DNA of 63,793 nucleotides, counting the filler, from Basidioascus undulatus (lineage: Eukaryota), in NCBI GenBank assembly GCA_000826855.1. It is 3 parts of 3 records of this genome, joined end to end, with 100 filler letters (N's around TTAATTAATTAA, not from the genome) between each part and the next. Parts side by side here need not be neighbours in the genome. Positions count along the whole stretch, not along the records: positions 1 to 21,271 come from JTLS01000338.1; positions 21,372 to 42,609 come from JTLS01000339.1; 1 more part is not named here. One strand, written 5' to 3'. A model generated the notes under the pieces. The model was not told the DNA's origin, did not search any database, and saw nothing but the letters and a program-made list of their open reading frames with translations. Made by a program: the position numbers and the translations under genes. This document shows positions 12,121-26,029 of this stretch, in pieces. Numbering within the stretch: position 1 is the stretch's first letter; each line of letters begins with the position of its first letter.

Positions 12121-12556
12121 GCGACGGCGCTTCCTCGCCGCCGTGGGCCGTCTGCGTTCGTCCTCGCCAGGCTGGTTGTCATATGCATCAAGTTTGGGTG
12201 GGCTGCAAAGACGTTTCGCGGATCATACTTGCTCTCGTGTGCCCGTTCTGCCATCGCGTGACTAGGCTGTCATTGCGATTGTTGAGACGTGGTACCACTC
12301 AGCAGTTTGCGCTTTTTCGAACTTATGTTGCTGTTCACGAAGGCTTTGCTGTCCCGGGTGTGTCCTTTACACGCAAGCACAGCATTGGAAGACACAAGTT
12401 CGCCGACTGCGCCCTTGATAACTTGACGGGACGCCGGGCCGCTCCACGTGACGGACCAACGCAGTCAGCTTGAGGTCCCAGTCGACGGGTTGTTTACTGC
12501 GGTCATAACCTCCAACACTCCGAGCATACTTACCGTTCTTATTCATCGTTACTGAC

Positions 12557-14127
12557 ATGTTCGAACTTTCTTCCACTGCAACACTGCTCGCCGTCGGCGG
12601 CGGGGCATACGCGATATACATCAGCCTCGCCTTGTCGAAGCTCATAGCCGGCAAGCCTCCTTCGAACGCTCCCAAAGTCCACTCTGGACTGCGCGGCTTG
12701 ACCAATCCGCAGAGCATTGCTGAACGCGACGGCGTGTACCCTGAGGACTTGTATGAGGGCGGCGCGGAAGTCAGCCTGCCGAATGGCCGAATCCAGTATT
12801 GGCTGTTCGGGCCGGAGGACGGGAAGAAGGTGAGGTGACTGGTCATAAGATTATTCCACCGTGCTGAACCCGCCTGTTACAGGTCGTGCTTGTGCATGGG
12901 TTTTCTATGCCGAGTCTCATCTGGAAGGAGGTCGCTCAGGGGTTTGCCAAGGTTCGCATGGATGGCAACAGGACCTTCCCGATGTGCACTGACGCGGCCG
13001 TCGCAGTCGGGCTATCGCGTCCTCCTCTTCGGTATGTTGTATGCTGCACGGTGCTTTCGAATAGTCAACGCTAACGAATCGCGTGAACAGACCACTACGG
13101 CCGTGGCTACTCGGAGGCACCCGAAACGCCGTACAACCAGGCGCTGTACACCACGACTCTTGCCCTGCTCTTCCAGCACGTCGGCTGGACGAAGGCGTCT
13201 GTCGTTGGCCTGTCCATGGTCCGCTGACCCTGTTGTGTTGATCGTAATGCAACAGCGTTGACATGATGGATGTTGCAGGGCGGTGCCATCGTCGCGCAGT
13301 TCCACCGCTTCTTCCCTCAGCTTTGCGACAAAGTTGTACTCATTGCCTCGGCTGGCGTAATGGGTACTCCGTACGAGCTATTCATCTAATGTCTTTGATG
13401 CTGATGACAGCTTGAGATACGTTCACAGATCTCAAGGGCACGTTCGCCTACTTCCGTTACCTCTCGCCCCCCGCCATCGCGAAATACGTGCGAATTCCCC
13501 TCGGCAACAATAGCTCGGACCCAAGCTGATTCAGCTTCATTCCTGTCCAGAGCTCGATCCTTCGCAAAAGCACGCCAGCGACGATGCCCACGGGTCCGGA
13601 CGTGCACCATGGGGTGCGCAGCCTCGCGAAGGTGTGTTCTACTTCCTTCACGCCATTTCCTACCGCTGACAGAACTCTCCCTTATCCATACGCCTAAATC
13701 CTATATGTAGGTCGTGCAACTCCAAACACATCTCCCCAACTACTGGTACGCGATCATTAGCACCCTGCGGGAAGGCATCTTCTACGACAGCCTCGACGCG
13801 TTCAAGTCCTTGGCTGGGAAGCAGGTCCTCGCGATTTGGGTAAGATTTTCTGATAGATTTACTCAGCTGTGACATGCACGTTCATCGCTCACTCAACTAT
13901 GCGTTTACCGTAGGGCACCGCCGATTCCACCGTGCCGTACGAGTGCGCCGCGCGTATCAAGCGGTACGCAGTTGACTTTTCGTTGTCCCGCTTGCTCATA
14001 GATCTTACGGGGAAGTGAAGACAGTGTCGTCCCGGACATGGAGCTCGTGACCCTCGAAGATGCTGAGCATGATATCGTCGTGACCCATTCGCAGGAGGTC
14101 CTCGACGCCCTGCGCAACTTCCTTTGA
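12557..14127 (+). CDS. Alpha/beta-hydrolase fold protein with N-terminal membrane anchor
   Basis: IQYWLFGPEDGKK|VVLVHGFSMPS, DHYGRGYSEAP, nucleophile elbow VVGLSM|GGAI, AIW|GTADSTVP, EDAEHDIV (catalytic His); stop at 14127. Confidence 0.85.
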
Positions 14128-14407
14128 AGGGTACAGAATGAAGTGGTGGGATGGAGTAAACGGCACATGTGTTCTGTCCAGTAAGTTGAAGAGCAGGGAA
14201 ATGCAAACGGTATAAGGACTGAAATGCGTGAGGAATATTACCGAAAAGGATGTGATGCCACTCCCACTCCGCTAAGCTTGTTGAGAGTGGGAACGCGCTT
14301 TGCTTGAAAGCTTGTGGTCGAGCCCTTCAAAGCAATCACATCAATTTCACAGTCCTAGCGCACGTATCGTCAGATCGCAGCTCGACGTCGTCAACGAAAC
14401 ACCCAGC

Positions 14408-15514
14408 TCAGCGCCCCCTTTCCACCAGCCGTCTGAAAGTCAAGCTGACCCGTCCCTCCTTCACGGCCTTTTCTTTGGGTATCTCGTGCTTCCAAAACCG
14501 CTGCGTCTCCCCCTGCATCACGACCAAGCTCCCGTTCGCAAGAACCCACCGCTTCGGTGCGCGGCTGCCCTCGGGGTAAACGCTTGTCGAGGCTTTAGAA
14601 GTGTGTGGAGTAAAGACGAACGTGCGCGGCGCGCCGAGAGATACGGAGGCGATGATCTGCGTGTCCTTTAGCACTGATGGGCCAGGACGCGAGTGCACTG
14701 CATCCGACTCGCACCTCATTGCCGAAACTGTCGGCGTGTCGCCCGATGTAAGTATCTCCATCCGGATAGAAGTTCGCCATGCTATCCGTAGTCAAATTGC
14801 CGTTAGTCAAGGTCTAGTAAAGAGACTGACCCGGCGCATACCAATGGTTGAACTCCACCTCGGCGTCGACCACGTCCCTGAGCCGCTCCGCGACGCGCTG
14901 CAGCAGCGGTGGGAAGGGCGCGTGCATCTGCACCGTCTGGCCAGAATACGTGAGAGATATGGAGGAGTCCGTTGCATATGCTATGACCGGAGCGTAAGCG
15001 ATACACATATGTTCTCTGCGGGACGGGGAGTTGTGCGGACGCACCGGCGATCTGGCGGGACTGCGTCACGTCTTTGCCGTAGACGCGAAGGGTAGGGCGA
15101 TACCCTGGGGGACGTTCCACATGACATTTGTTCCTTGAGCAGGATACTGAAGCTCAGAACGCACATGTATCCCAGCCGACTGCCTCATCGTACCACTCCT
15201 TCGCCGTCTGCTCATCCACGAACTGCCCGTCCATCCCTTCATCAATACATCTTGCATGGGGAAGTGTGCAAATTTGGACTCACATCAGCTATATAATAAG
15301 CTTCTCCGCCCTCCAACCCTTCCACCCTATATCGCCTAACAAAGTCAGGCCGGGTGATTTGCTGACAATCCATCTCTGCCTTCGGCGGCGCGTCCACCGC
15401 CGCCGCCGCCGCCGCCGCGCGCTTCGCCTTCTTTTTCGAGCTCGGGGGCGCCAGAGAAAGGGAGGGCAATGGCGGTCGCTTGCTTGAAGAGGAGCGCAGG
15501 GTGCGGGTGGACAT
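14408..15514 (-). CDS. AlkB-family 2OG-Fe(II) dioxygenase, ALKBH2/3-like DNA repair demethylase
   Basis: YRPTLRVYGKDVTQSRQIA, LTYSGQ, EFNH, NFYPDGDTYIGRHAD (HxD), IIASVSLGAPRTF, LANGSLVVMQGETQRFWKHEIPKE...RVSLTFR. Confidence 0.9.
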
Positions 15515-15892
15515 GTCGCAGGCGAAAAGCGAGGTGAGTTTGAGAGCAAGAGGTGTTCGCCGTGAGCGCGCGGACGTGATGACGTTCGGAAACTTCCCGT
15601 GTAGATAGATCGGTAGACGCGTCGAGCACGCGTCTGGCCTTAACTGCCTTCCTTCTACAGACTGGTGGATGCTCGGACCGGCATGATATCGTGCAGAACC
15701 AGGACAGACGTAGAGCACTTTGTCGAGCCGTGAGCCCTGCGTAAGTACCAACCTGAGGCTCCGCACGCATCATCTTCACTGAAATTGATGGCACGCCAGC
15801 CGCGCAGCTTTTACTGTTGCAATCGGTACATTGTAGATATACAACGCGCATAAATCACGTAGTTTCACCCCGCGCCGAAGAAAACAGCTCGC

Positions 15893-17780
<1,888 letters not shown>

Positions 17781-18469
17781 ATTTGGGAGAAAGAAGACGT
17801 GAATGCAGGGGAGACGCGTTCAAGTTCCAAGAGAAGGCCAGGTCCGGCGAGACTTTCGGCTGACGTGGTAGTTCTTAGCAAGGGCTGTATAGCCGATAAG
17901 AGGGCGGCAGGTGAGGTCACTTCCCTTCCTCGCTTTTTTTTCCTCGTTTCTACAAAGCCACCCCCAACAAAGGAGCAAAGCAGACTAGTACTTGGTCGGA
18001 GCATCATTTCCATTCCCGGAAGCCCAGCTGGGACTGAATGAACTACCGTACCTCATCACTCCTCCTGGAGATCTGGAACTGTAACTTGGCTACAGTGTTC
18101 CATGGAGAAAGCCAGACGTCTCCTGCCCCTTTCATATGAAATAAATGTGAATAGTTCTTATATTATCACTCATTTCTTGAGGAAATGAAAGTCTGGCCGA
18201 GGGAGTCGTCAACGGTCAACAGCTGTGCTCACCGAGGCCCGAGGCGCAGAAGCACAGCAGATAAACATTCGTCCACAATAGTAGTGCTCTGCCCCAGTTA
18301 GTTCTTGTTCCGTTACATACACCGGGATTGCTGTTTCCTGCACTCGTGCTGCTTCCAGTTTTGTTTCTCCCTGCAGGATTGCTCTGCCCTTATCATAACC
18401 AGACTACTGAAGCCTACTACTCACCCATACTGGTGTGATCTGCGTGAATGGGTCCAGGACCAAGTACTG

Positions 18470-20400
18470 AGGCCTTCGACTTGCCGCAGACTGCAAGTGT
18501 GAGATGCAGCGTTGCGTGGACTATATTTCAACATGAACAAAGCTGTCTTTGCAATAATGACTTGCATTTGTGCCAGGCTTACATGGTGCGCACAGGAATA
18601 CGGCCACCGGCATACCGCAAAAGTGTAACAAGGGACAAAGCACAGAGCAGCGGCCGATATCGAGTGAGAGTGAAACGCTATGTATTTGGCGCCATTCTAC
18701 CCGGGATGGTCAACGGGGATCCTGTGAAACTGTTGGAACTGCAATGGTGGGGTACCAAGGTAGCTGTGCCACAGGAATGCCTCCGCTCTGGGAGAGATTA
18801 GACCGCTGATACGTTCTGCAGCTTTGACATCCTCTTTTCGCGCGTCTACATCTACAGTCTTCTGGACCCGATCTCTACGTCGCCCTCGATCTGCCTGGAG
18901 ACCATCCCGGTCGACCACATCAGTCCCTCTTCTTTGCCATCTACGCGCTCCCCGCCGGTCTCTCACCCGAGCGCAGCATTCGAGACCTCGAAAGCACTTT
19001 CCTGGCAAGAGCCTCAGATCTCGCTCGGCAGTCTCTCGAACTCTGCGACAAGCTCTTCTCCAACCTGCAGGCGCTCGATGTTCTTACCGTTCGTTGTCCA
19101 CCTGAATCCTCTGGCACGGACTATACTGACAGTGCAATTACAGAGGCTTATCTCGGACGACTGAACGTCACTAGCGCTCTTAAGTACGCCGGCGCATGTA
19201 CGGTTTTGCACCTGCGGCTTTCGGCTGCCGCAGACTGCGGACTCCCTGTGCTATTCCACAGCTCTGAACCTCGCCGTTTGTATCGGTCTACATCTCCTTA
19301 TCAAGTCCAGGCTGCATGCCGCAGCGGAGGGGCGGCAGCGTTGCGCGAACACATGGTCGAATGGCCTCAGCATGCCCGGCATCCGATCTGAGCCATGGCA
19401 GACGCCGTCGAGGCCTTCCGAGCAGGCCATAGCCTTGACGCTTTTCTGGAATGCCTTCCTCGCTGAGTAAGTACTCAATCCGATAGCGTGTCACTCGCCC
19501 GGGACGGACTCTGATGAGTGGACATAGCCGCGCTACCGCAGCGTTGTACTCGTTGCCGCTGTCCATCGCCGAGGAAGATGTCACGACGTGCTTGAGCGTG
19601 CCGTAGACGTACCCCGAGGTGAGCCGCTCATATCGTCCAAAATTATGCGCTCTTCTGAAAGCCCTGGGTCATGCCCATTTGCAAAGAGTCGCCCGCAGAC
19701 GCTTCACGACTCTGACCTTTACACGCACCACCCTTCGACCTGGCCCGTTTGGCCGCTTGCAGTCCTCATCAAATCGGCTACCCTCACGGGCCGTGCAGCC
19801 CAGCTGAACAACTCGATCGAGCTGGGCTATCGAATCTGTGTCTGCGGACGACGAGGCCGGCCGTGTTCGCGCTGTGCGTGAAAGCCCGCAGTTCGCCGAA
19901 CTCGACGGGCTCATGGACGCTTTCCGGGCGAGCCTCCCGCCGTGGTACCTCCAGCTCCCGGACGGCTGGTCAGGGATCGACCAGTACTAGGAGGTGGTAA
20001 AAACCTCGGCGCTATTCGATGTACTAGTGAGGCTTGCTGCCGCTACACAGTCGACACGACGGACCCGGACTAACGAACAACGCCCTTACCATGCAATGCT
20101 AGTTCTGCACGACGCGCACACTCTTCACTACCCAGAATCCGCCAAGGCATGCGCCAATGCCCTCACCGATATACTTGCGCTCGTCGCTCATCTCTCCTCG
20201 TCGACGTTGAACCTGGGAAGGCTCGAGCTCAAAGCCAGGTGCGTAAGATGTGTGCTTCCTAGCTGCGCCGATGGCTTCTCACCCTGTTTCTATTCCTTCA
20301 GCTTCTGCCTCATGCGCCCAGGCGAATATGCCGTCTGGGCGTTGCGACGGGATCTGGGGTCGGAGACGGCCGCGCAGTGGCAGGCTGCAGCGTAGCTGCT
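18470..20400 (+). pseudogene. Probable decayed fungal transcription factor (Zn2Cys6/Fungal_trans type)
   Basis: Broken-frame fragments resemble fungal TF segments: STCRRLQV..RCS, LAVLIKSATLTGRAAQLN, PQFAELDGLMDAFRASLPPWY, YHAMLVLHDAH...SAKACANALTDILALV. No continuous model could be built. Confidence 0.35.
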
Positions 20401-21212
20401 GATCGAAGCACTGCGACGCTACGGCACGACCTGGCCTTCCGCATGTGCGCCCCCCGGCCTCCCCCTACCTCCCTCCATTGAATGTGAAGCTGGATTGTGA
20501 TCCTGAACTTTCTTCGCCGACAGATCTTCAAGCGGACATGCTTGAGAGGGACGTTTCTCAGGTAGTAACTTCCTTTAGTTGCTGCTTCCCTCTCCACTGC
20601 ACCGTCCATCGCGCTGCTTTTTGGAAAGCTGGTGCTGTTCGAGCTTCCACACCGCCTGAAAGACTTACCTTGATCGTGCTTTCCTCCTTGGATGCAACTG
20701 CACTTGCCCGTGCGGGTTCTCCTGCTTCTTGTGAAAACGTTGGGGCCGTAGCCCCCCACCCCTTCGTCTGCATTCGCTGAAAGTTTGAATACTTTTCCAA
20801 CATTTGTGCAACTTTTACGGAAAATTGCTGCAGCTCCTGCCTATGGATTGGCAGTCCCGCAAGCTACGGCGGGTGACAGTGTGTCGACAGCTGCGCCGAC
20901 GGGTGACGAACGAATGCCGGCAACGCCCGAAAATGCGAACGACAAGTCCTTGCAGCCCAACTTCTATGGCCGAGGAAGGGAGAAAAAAAAAGCGCGCGAT
21001 GGCATAAAACAGTTTGCGTTGCAAAAAGCCAAGTAAGGGGGTGTAGGCAGCTATGAAGGGTAAAAGTACAACAGGACTCGTCATCCGCCGTCCTCTGCTC
21101 ACCGCCTCTCCTCCTGCGGACTCAACTTCTCTCTCTTCCCTCCTCCCGCTCCTCCATCGGCTCCCCCACCACTACCACCACCACCACCGCCGCCGCCGGG
21201 CTCCTCCCCCCC

Positions 21213-21271
21213 TTTGAGAGTCTCCCGGTCGAGCTTCACCGCGAGATCGCCGGCTATCTGCGCGTCCTGGA
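21213..21271 (+). CDS. F-box-like motif, cut by the assembly gap
   Basis: FESLPVELHREIAGYLRVL matches the L-P-x-E-[IL]-x-x-x-I-x-x-Y-L F-box consensus; no start codon identified. Confidence 0.4.
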
Positions 21272-21371
21272 NNNNNNNNNNNNNNNNNNNNNNNNNNNNN
21301 NNNNNNNNNNNNNNNTTAATTAATTAANNNNNNNNNNNNNNNNNNNNNNNNNNNNNNNNNNNNNNNNNNNN
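21272..21371. other. Artificial assembly gap linker
   Basis: 44 N + TTAATTAATTAA (stops in all six frames) + 44 N = exactly 100 nt. Confidence 0.98.
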
Positions 21372-23000
21372 AGGGCCTCATCGACGCCGGCGAGCGACAA
21401 TCTCGCGGCGTGAGCACCGCGTCTGACGGCTATGCCTACCTCCGGAATCCCATCTGGTGGGCGGGGATGATCACCAGTGCGTCCCTCTCCGCGTCTTCCC
21501 CTTGTCCCTTTCTTGCGTTGCTCACAAGCTGCGGCGTGGTGGGGTACAGTGGTCGTGGGTGAAGGTGCGGTCAGGGGACCGAGGGGGCGAGCGGGGAAGG
21601 AAAGCAGCTGATCCGCCGGGGTTGGGCACCAAACAGTCGCGAACTTCGCAGCCTACACCTTCGCGCCGCCCGTGCTCGTCACGCCCCTCGGCGCGCTCTC
21701 CGTCATCATCGGCGCGATCCTCGCGTCCTTCCTGCTCGATGAGAAGCTCGGGCGGATCGGGATCGTGGGATGCACGCTGTGCCTCGTAGGGAGCGTGATC
21801 ATCATCCTGCATGCGCCCGAAGACAAGGAGATCAGCACGGTGGACGAGATCCTGCACTACGCGATCCAGCCTGCGTTCCTCGCGTACTGCCTCACCGTTG
21901 CTGTCTTCTCGCTGTTCATGATCTACCGCGTCGTCCCCACCCACGGGAAGCGCACGCCCCTCGTGTATATTTCGATCTGCTCCCTCGTGGGCAGCGTCAG
22001 CGTCATGAGCATCAAGGGCTTTGGCATCGCGCTCAAGCTCACGCTCGGCGGGAACAACCAGCTGGGACACCCCAGCACGTACGTGTTTGCGATCGTCGTC
22101 GTGGGGTGCATCATGGTGCGTTCCGCTTCCTCCTCCTTCTCCCCTTCCTCCCCTTTCCTACCATTCCCCTCGGCCCACTCCACGATCTCTTACCTCCGCC
22201 TCCCCGATGCTCAGGTGCAAATGAACTGTGAGTCGCCTTCCTCCTCAACTCGGAGCGCGTCAGAAAGAGGGGAGAAGGTGAAGTAAGGAGGTGAAGAAGG
22301 AACCCCAGCTGAGTGTACGGCGGTTGCCGCTTCCTCCCCCGCTCGCCCCATGCAGACTTCAACAAGGCGCTCGACACGTTCTCGACCAACGTCGTCAACC
22401 CGATCTACTACGTCTTCTTCTCGACGGCGACCATCGTCGCCTCCCTCATCCTCTTCCAGGGCTTCTACAACACGTCGACGCGCGACTCGGTCTCCCTCGT
22501 CGCCGGCTTCCTCACCATCTTCGTGCGTCGCCCTCCGTCCCTCATACTTCCCCCTCCTACCTCCTACCCCCTACTCCCTTCTCCCTTTCCCGTCACCCCT
22601 TCTTTCTCACCCCTTTTAGAGTTTCCTTTCCGACCGCTTACCTTTCCCCCACCCCCACCCCCACCCGCAGCTTGGTGTCTACCTCCTCAACATCTCCCGC
22701 TCCGTCGACGGGAGGCACGCCTCCGCGCACGGCACGGCCTCCGGCGACCCGCGCGTCTCCCTCTCCGGTATGGACGCCGCCCTGCGCGGGGCGGTCCCTC
22801 CCACGAGCCCGATGAGCGCGCGCCGTATGCACGAGCAGCAGGACCGCGCGCTCTTTTCCGCGTTCGGCGGGCGCGACGCCGAGGAGAGCGTCCCGCTTAC
22901 GAGCGTGAAAGAGGGGCGGGCTAGCGAGGAGTGGGAGGAGGAGCGGGAGCGGGATCTGGAGAGCGGGCGAGGGAGCGCGGGACGAGGAGGGAGGAGGTAA
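21372..23000 (+). CDS. NIPA/DUF803 Mg2+ transporter, 5' end lost in the gap
   Basis: YAYLRNPIWWAGMIT|MVVGE|VANFAAYTFAPPVLVTPLGALSVIIGAILASFLLDEKLG, PLVYISICSLVGSVSVMSIKGFGIALKLT, QMN|YFNKALDTFSTNVVNPIYYVFF; includes 15-nt and 13-nt exons. Confidence 0.93.
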
Positions 23001-25530
23001 GAGAGGGTGAGGGTAGAGGGAGGAGAAGGAGACCGGAACGGAACTTTGGCTTTGGCAGCCACCACATTCACGCCCACACCCACCCACACGCACGCGTTGC
23101 ATCCTTCACCTTTCTTTCCCCTTGCCTTGTTTTTGTTTTTGTATCGTTTATCCCCTTTTGTGGGTTGGGGAAGGGGAAGGGGCAGGGAGGCACGCATGTA
23201 TGTTAGACAGATGCCTGAGCGAGGCGGAGGTGACGCGCATGCGCTGGGCGCGTGCGTTTGTGCGTTGTACTTCGTGCTGTGGATGCTGGGCTGGGCTGCT
23301 GCGATGCTGGGCATAGGTAGGCAGGGGAAAGGCGCGACAGGACGGACGTGAGTCGCTTAGCCTGGTTGCTTGCTAGTGCTGTAGGAGTCGGTCATGCCTC
23401 TCATGGAAGTGGGACGCTGCAGGGCTGGGTTGGCGGATGGGCAAGTATGGCATGGGCTTGCGCAATGGGATGGGGATGCGAAGGCGTGATGCATGATGTG
23501 CTTCGCTGGAAGAAGGAGCAGGCAATCTATGAGGGCGCGTTGGTATAATGCGCACCTTCTCAAATACTGCGCTATGCTCTCGCTCAACAGTAGTATTGTG
23601 GGATGGTCCTACAGAGCGTGGAGCGCGGGCGCTTCTATAGGTAGGTAGCTGCACTAGAGAGCAAGGCCGACAAGCGGCAGTTCACTCTATTCCCTTTTAT
23701 TGCTAATGAAGTGCTTATGCAGGTCTGCTTACCGCCTTTCCTCGTCCATCCAGTGCCTAAAAGGTGCCTGGAAGAGCTGATTTTTGAGAGATGAGCCGTA
23801 ACACTGATTGTCTGCGAGTGCGGTCCTTTTCAGCGCCACAACACAGACAGCACATGCATGTGCCCTAATCACTACACGGACGCTACCCAGAAACATCATT
23901 TCTACACATCCAAGATACCCATAAGGCAGACCCTTGATGACCGTCTGCATCTCAGCATCTCACAACTGAAATAGTCGCCATCAAGATGATCTTCATACAG
24001 AATTGTATGGCTTCGCCTAGGATACTCTTTACGAGGCCCAATTGCAAACATGTATAAGATAATTCTCTGAGGTGCTGCCGGCCTTCAGGAAAGTCTGTGT
24101 GATGTAAGTCCCTTTCAAATCCTGGCCCGCAGAACACATCCATATCAAAGGACAGCGCACAAAGCAACGTCTTGTACTGAAGTTGTAATAAAGTATAAGC
24201 ATGTTATCGAGTACATAAAAATATCCTGAAGAGCTGCTGCCACTGGGTGTAACCGGGTCAAGCCGGCCACGGTTCATGCACAGTATCAGACATGCGCAGT
24301 ATCATATTCACCCATGTTCATGAGGATTCAGGGGATTGGATTTACCTTCAAATACAACTTTGAGCATTTGCTGAAGGCCTTTCAGTAGCTTCGAGAGTGA
24401 GAGCACCCAAGAGCAGCAGCACAGTTAGCACAGGCTTGTACATAAACCAGGAAGCACCATTAGCACAGTTGGGCTACAATCACCTCAAATTAGGACTATT
24501 GCTCTGCAGGACAGAACCTAGAGCACCTGTGTTGCAGCACCGCACCAACTTCAACGGGCGGCAGCGGGACGCGTGCGCGCCAGTTGAGCCCTGGGCAGCT
24601 GTCAAGGCAGCGCTACACAAATGTGCTGCAGTGTATACCTCAGTTTAGTGGTTGCATTAATCCGATATTGTAGGTGTTCATATATGGTGTCAGGGTGCAA
24701 CTCTGATTGACGGCCCTGCCAAAGCAGGGAGTTTGAGTTGGGTGGCAAGTGCTCATGCCAAAATTGTCGCTCATTCAGAACAGAATCACGTCCTCTTGGT
24801 GCCGTGAATTTTCTTGGGAACGATGATGAAATAACCTTGGTTTCCCTACAGCCATTGCCACCCTGTAGTGTAGCCATTGAGTTGGGGCCGAGTCGGGTGT
24901 TTGACCGACAGACAGGCTGAAACTTGGACACACAGGCGGACCCCAGTCCGAAGAGATTCTCGTACAAAGCCGAAGATTAACAGTCAGTTTCCGAATGTTC
25001 CGAAGGATCCTATGCAAGGTCCTGTCTCCCTTTCATATATACCTTTTCACGGGGCGCTCTCACAGTCGAGCGAAAGGAAGCCCGCCAGGCCCGCGGACAG
25101 GCTGCGCCTGCGGCCACTTCGCAGCAGTCGCAACGGTAGGTATCGACGTTGCCTCGTACATACGCTTCACCCTCACCAAAAGAATACGTGCCAGGTATGA
25201 TTGTATGATATGGTAAAGTAACCGGTGGGTCGTGATGAAGAACAACAGAATCGTCAACAAGGCGGGCACGGCCGGCGTGTCGCTGCGTCAGAGAACTTCC
25301 TCCTTCCTCCCAATCCCGTCCTGACCCTTCCCTCCCGTCAGCCAACGCCGAGAGGTAATGCGCTGCAAGCGCCGGCCGCTGGCCTGATGCGTAACCCCCT
25401 GCACCCTCTCTCTACCTCCCAAACCCCCCTCAACCCGGTAATAAAGTCGTAAATGCGTGAAAGCAACGGAAGCGCGGCTTGAAGAGAAAGGGGAGAGAAG
25501 CGCGTTCCGAGATGGACGGATGAATGGAGG

Positions 25531-26029
25531 TTATGATGGAGGCGCCTTCACGGCGGGGATGGTGAGTTTTGGGGAGCTTGAGAGCACGACGAGGTCGGGA
25601 TCCGTCCCCTCCACCTGGCCGCTTTCTCGAGGGGAGGGGTTGGAGTTGATCTGATAACCTCCGCCCAAGCAAGCGTTCAGTTGGAACCGTCCTCGACGAG
25701 CCATAAATTAGACTCACCCATCGACCCAAAGCGTCGCCCAGCTCCTGCTCCTCCTCCCCAGACAGGTGCATCGACCCCGCGGGGTTCTTTTCCCCGCTCC
25801 CACGGCGCAGACGCTCGCCCAGCCCGCCGGCGGGCGGGACGTGGCGCGGGGAGAGCCGCCGGAGCTCGGCCATTTCAGGGTCGTCCTCGTCGTCTGGGAG
25901 CGGCGAGGGCGGGGACGCGGACGCGCTCGTGGAGGCGGAGAGGGAGTAGGTCGAGAGCGAGACGGAGACGGAGGGACAGGGCCCGGAGGAGGTGGTCGGC
26001 GTGGAGGGCGCGGCGGCAGCGGTGGACAT
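25531..26029 (-). CDS. Hypothetical small Ser/Pro-rich disordered protein, two exons
   Basis: ATG at 26029; coding-like composition; a GTGAGT...TATCAG intron joins ...ELGDALGRW|INSNPSP... in frame to TAA at 25531. Confidence 0.5.

Noticed and set aside
21316..21327. TTAATTAATTAA palindrome as a biological site
   Set aside because: It is embedded in Ns and repeated identically at 42654-42665, so it is an assembly spacer.
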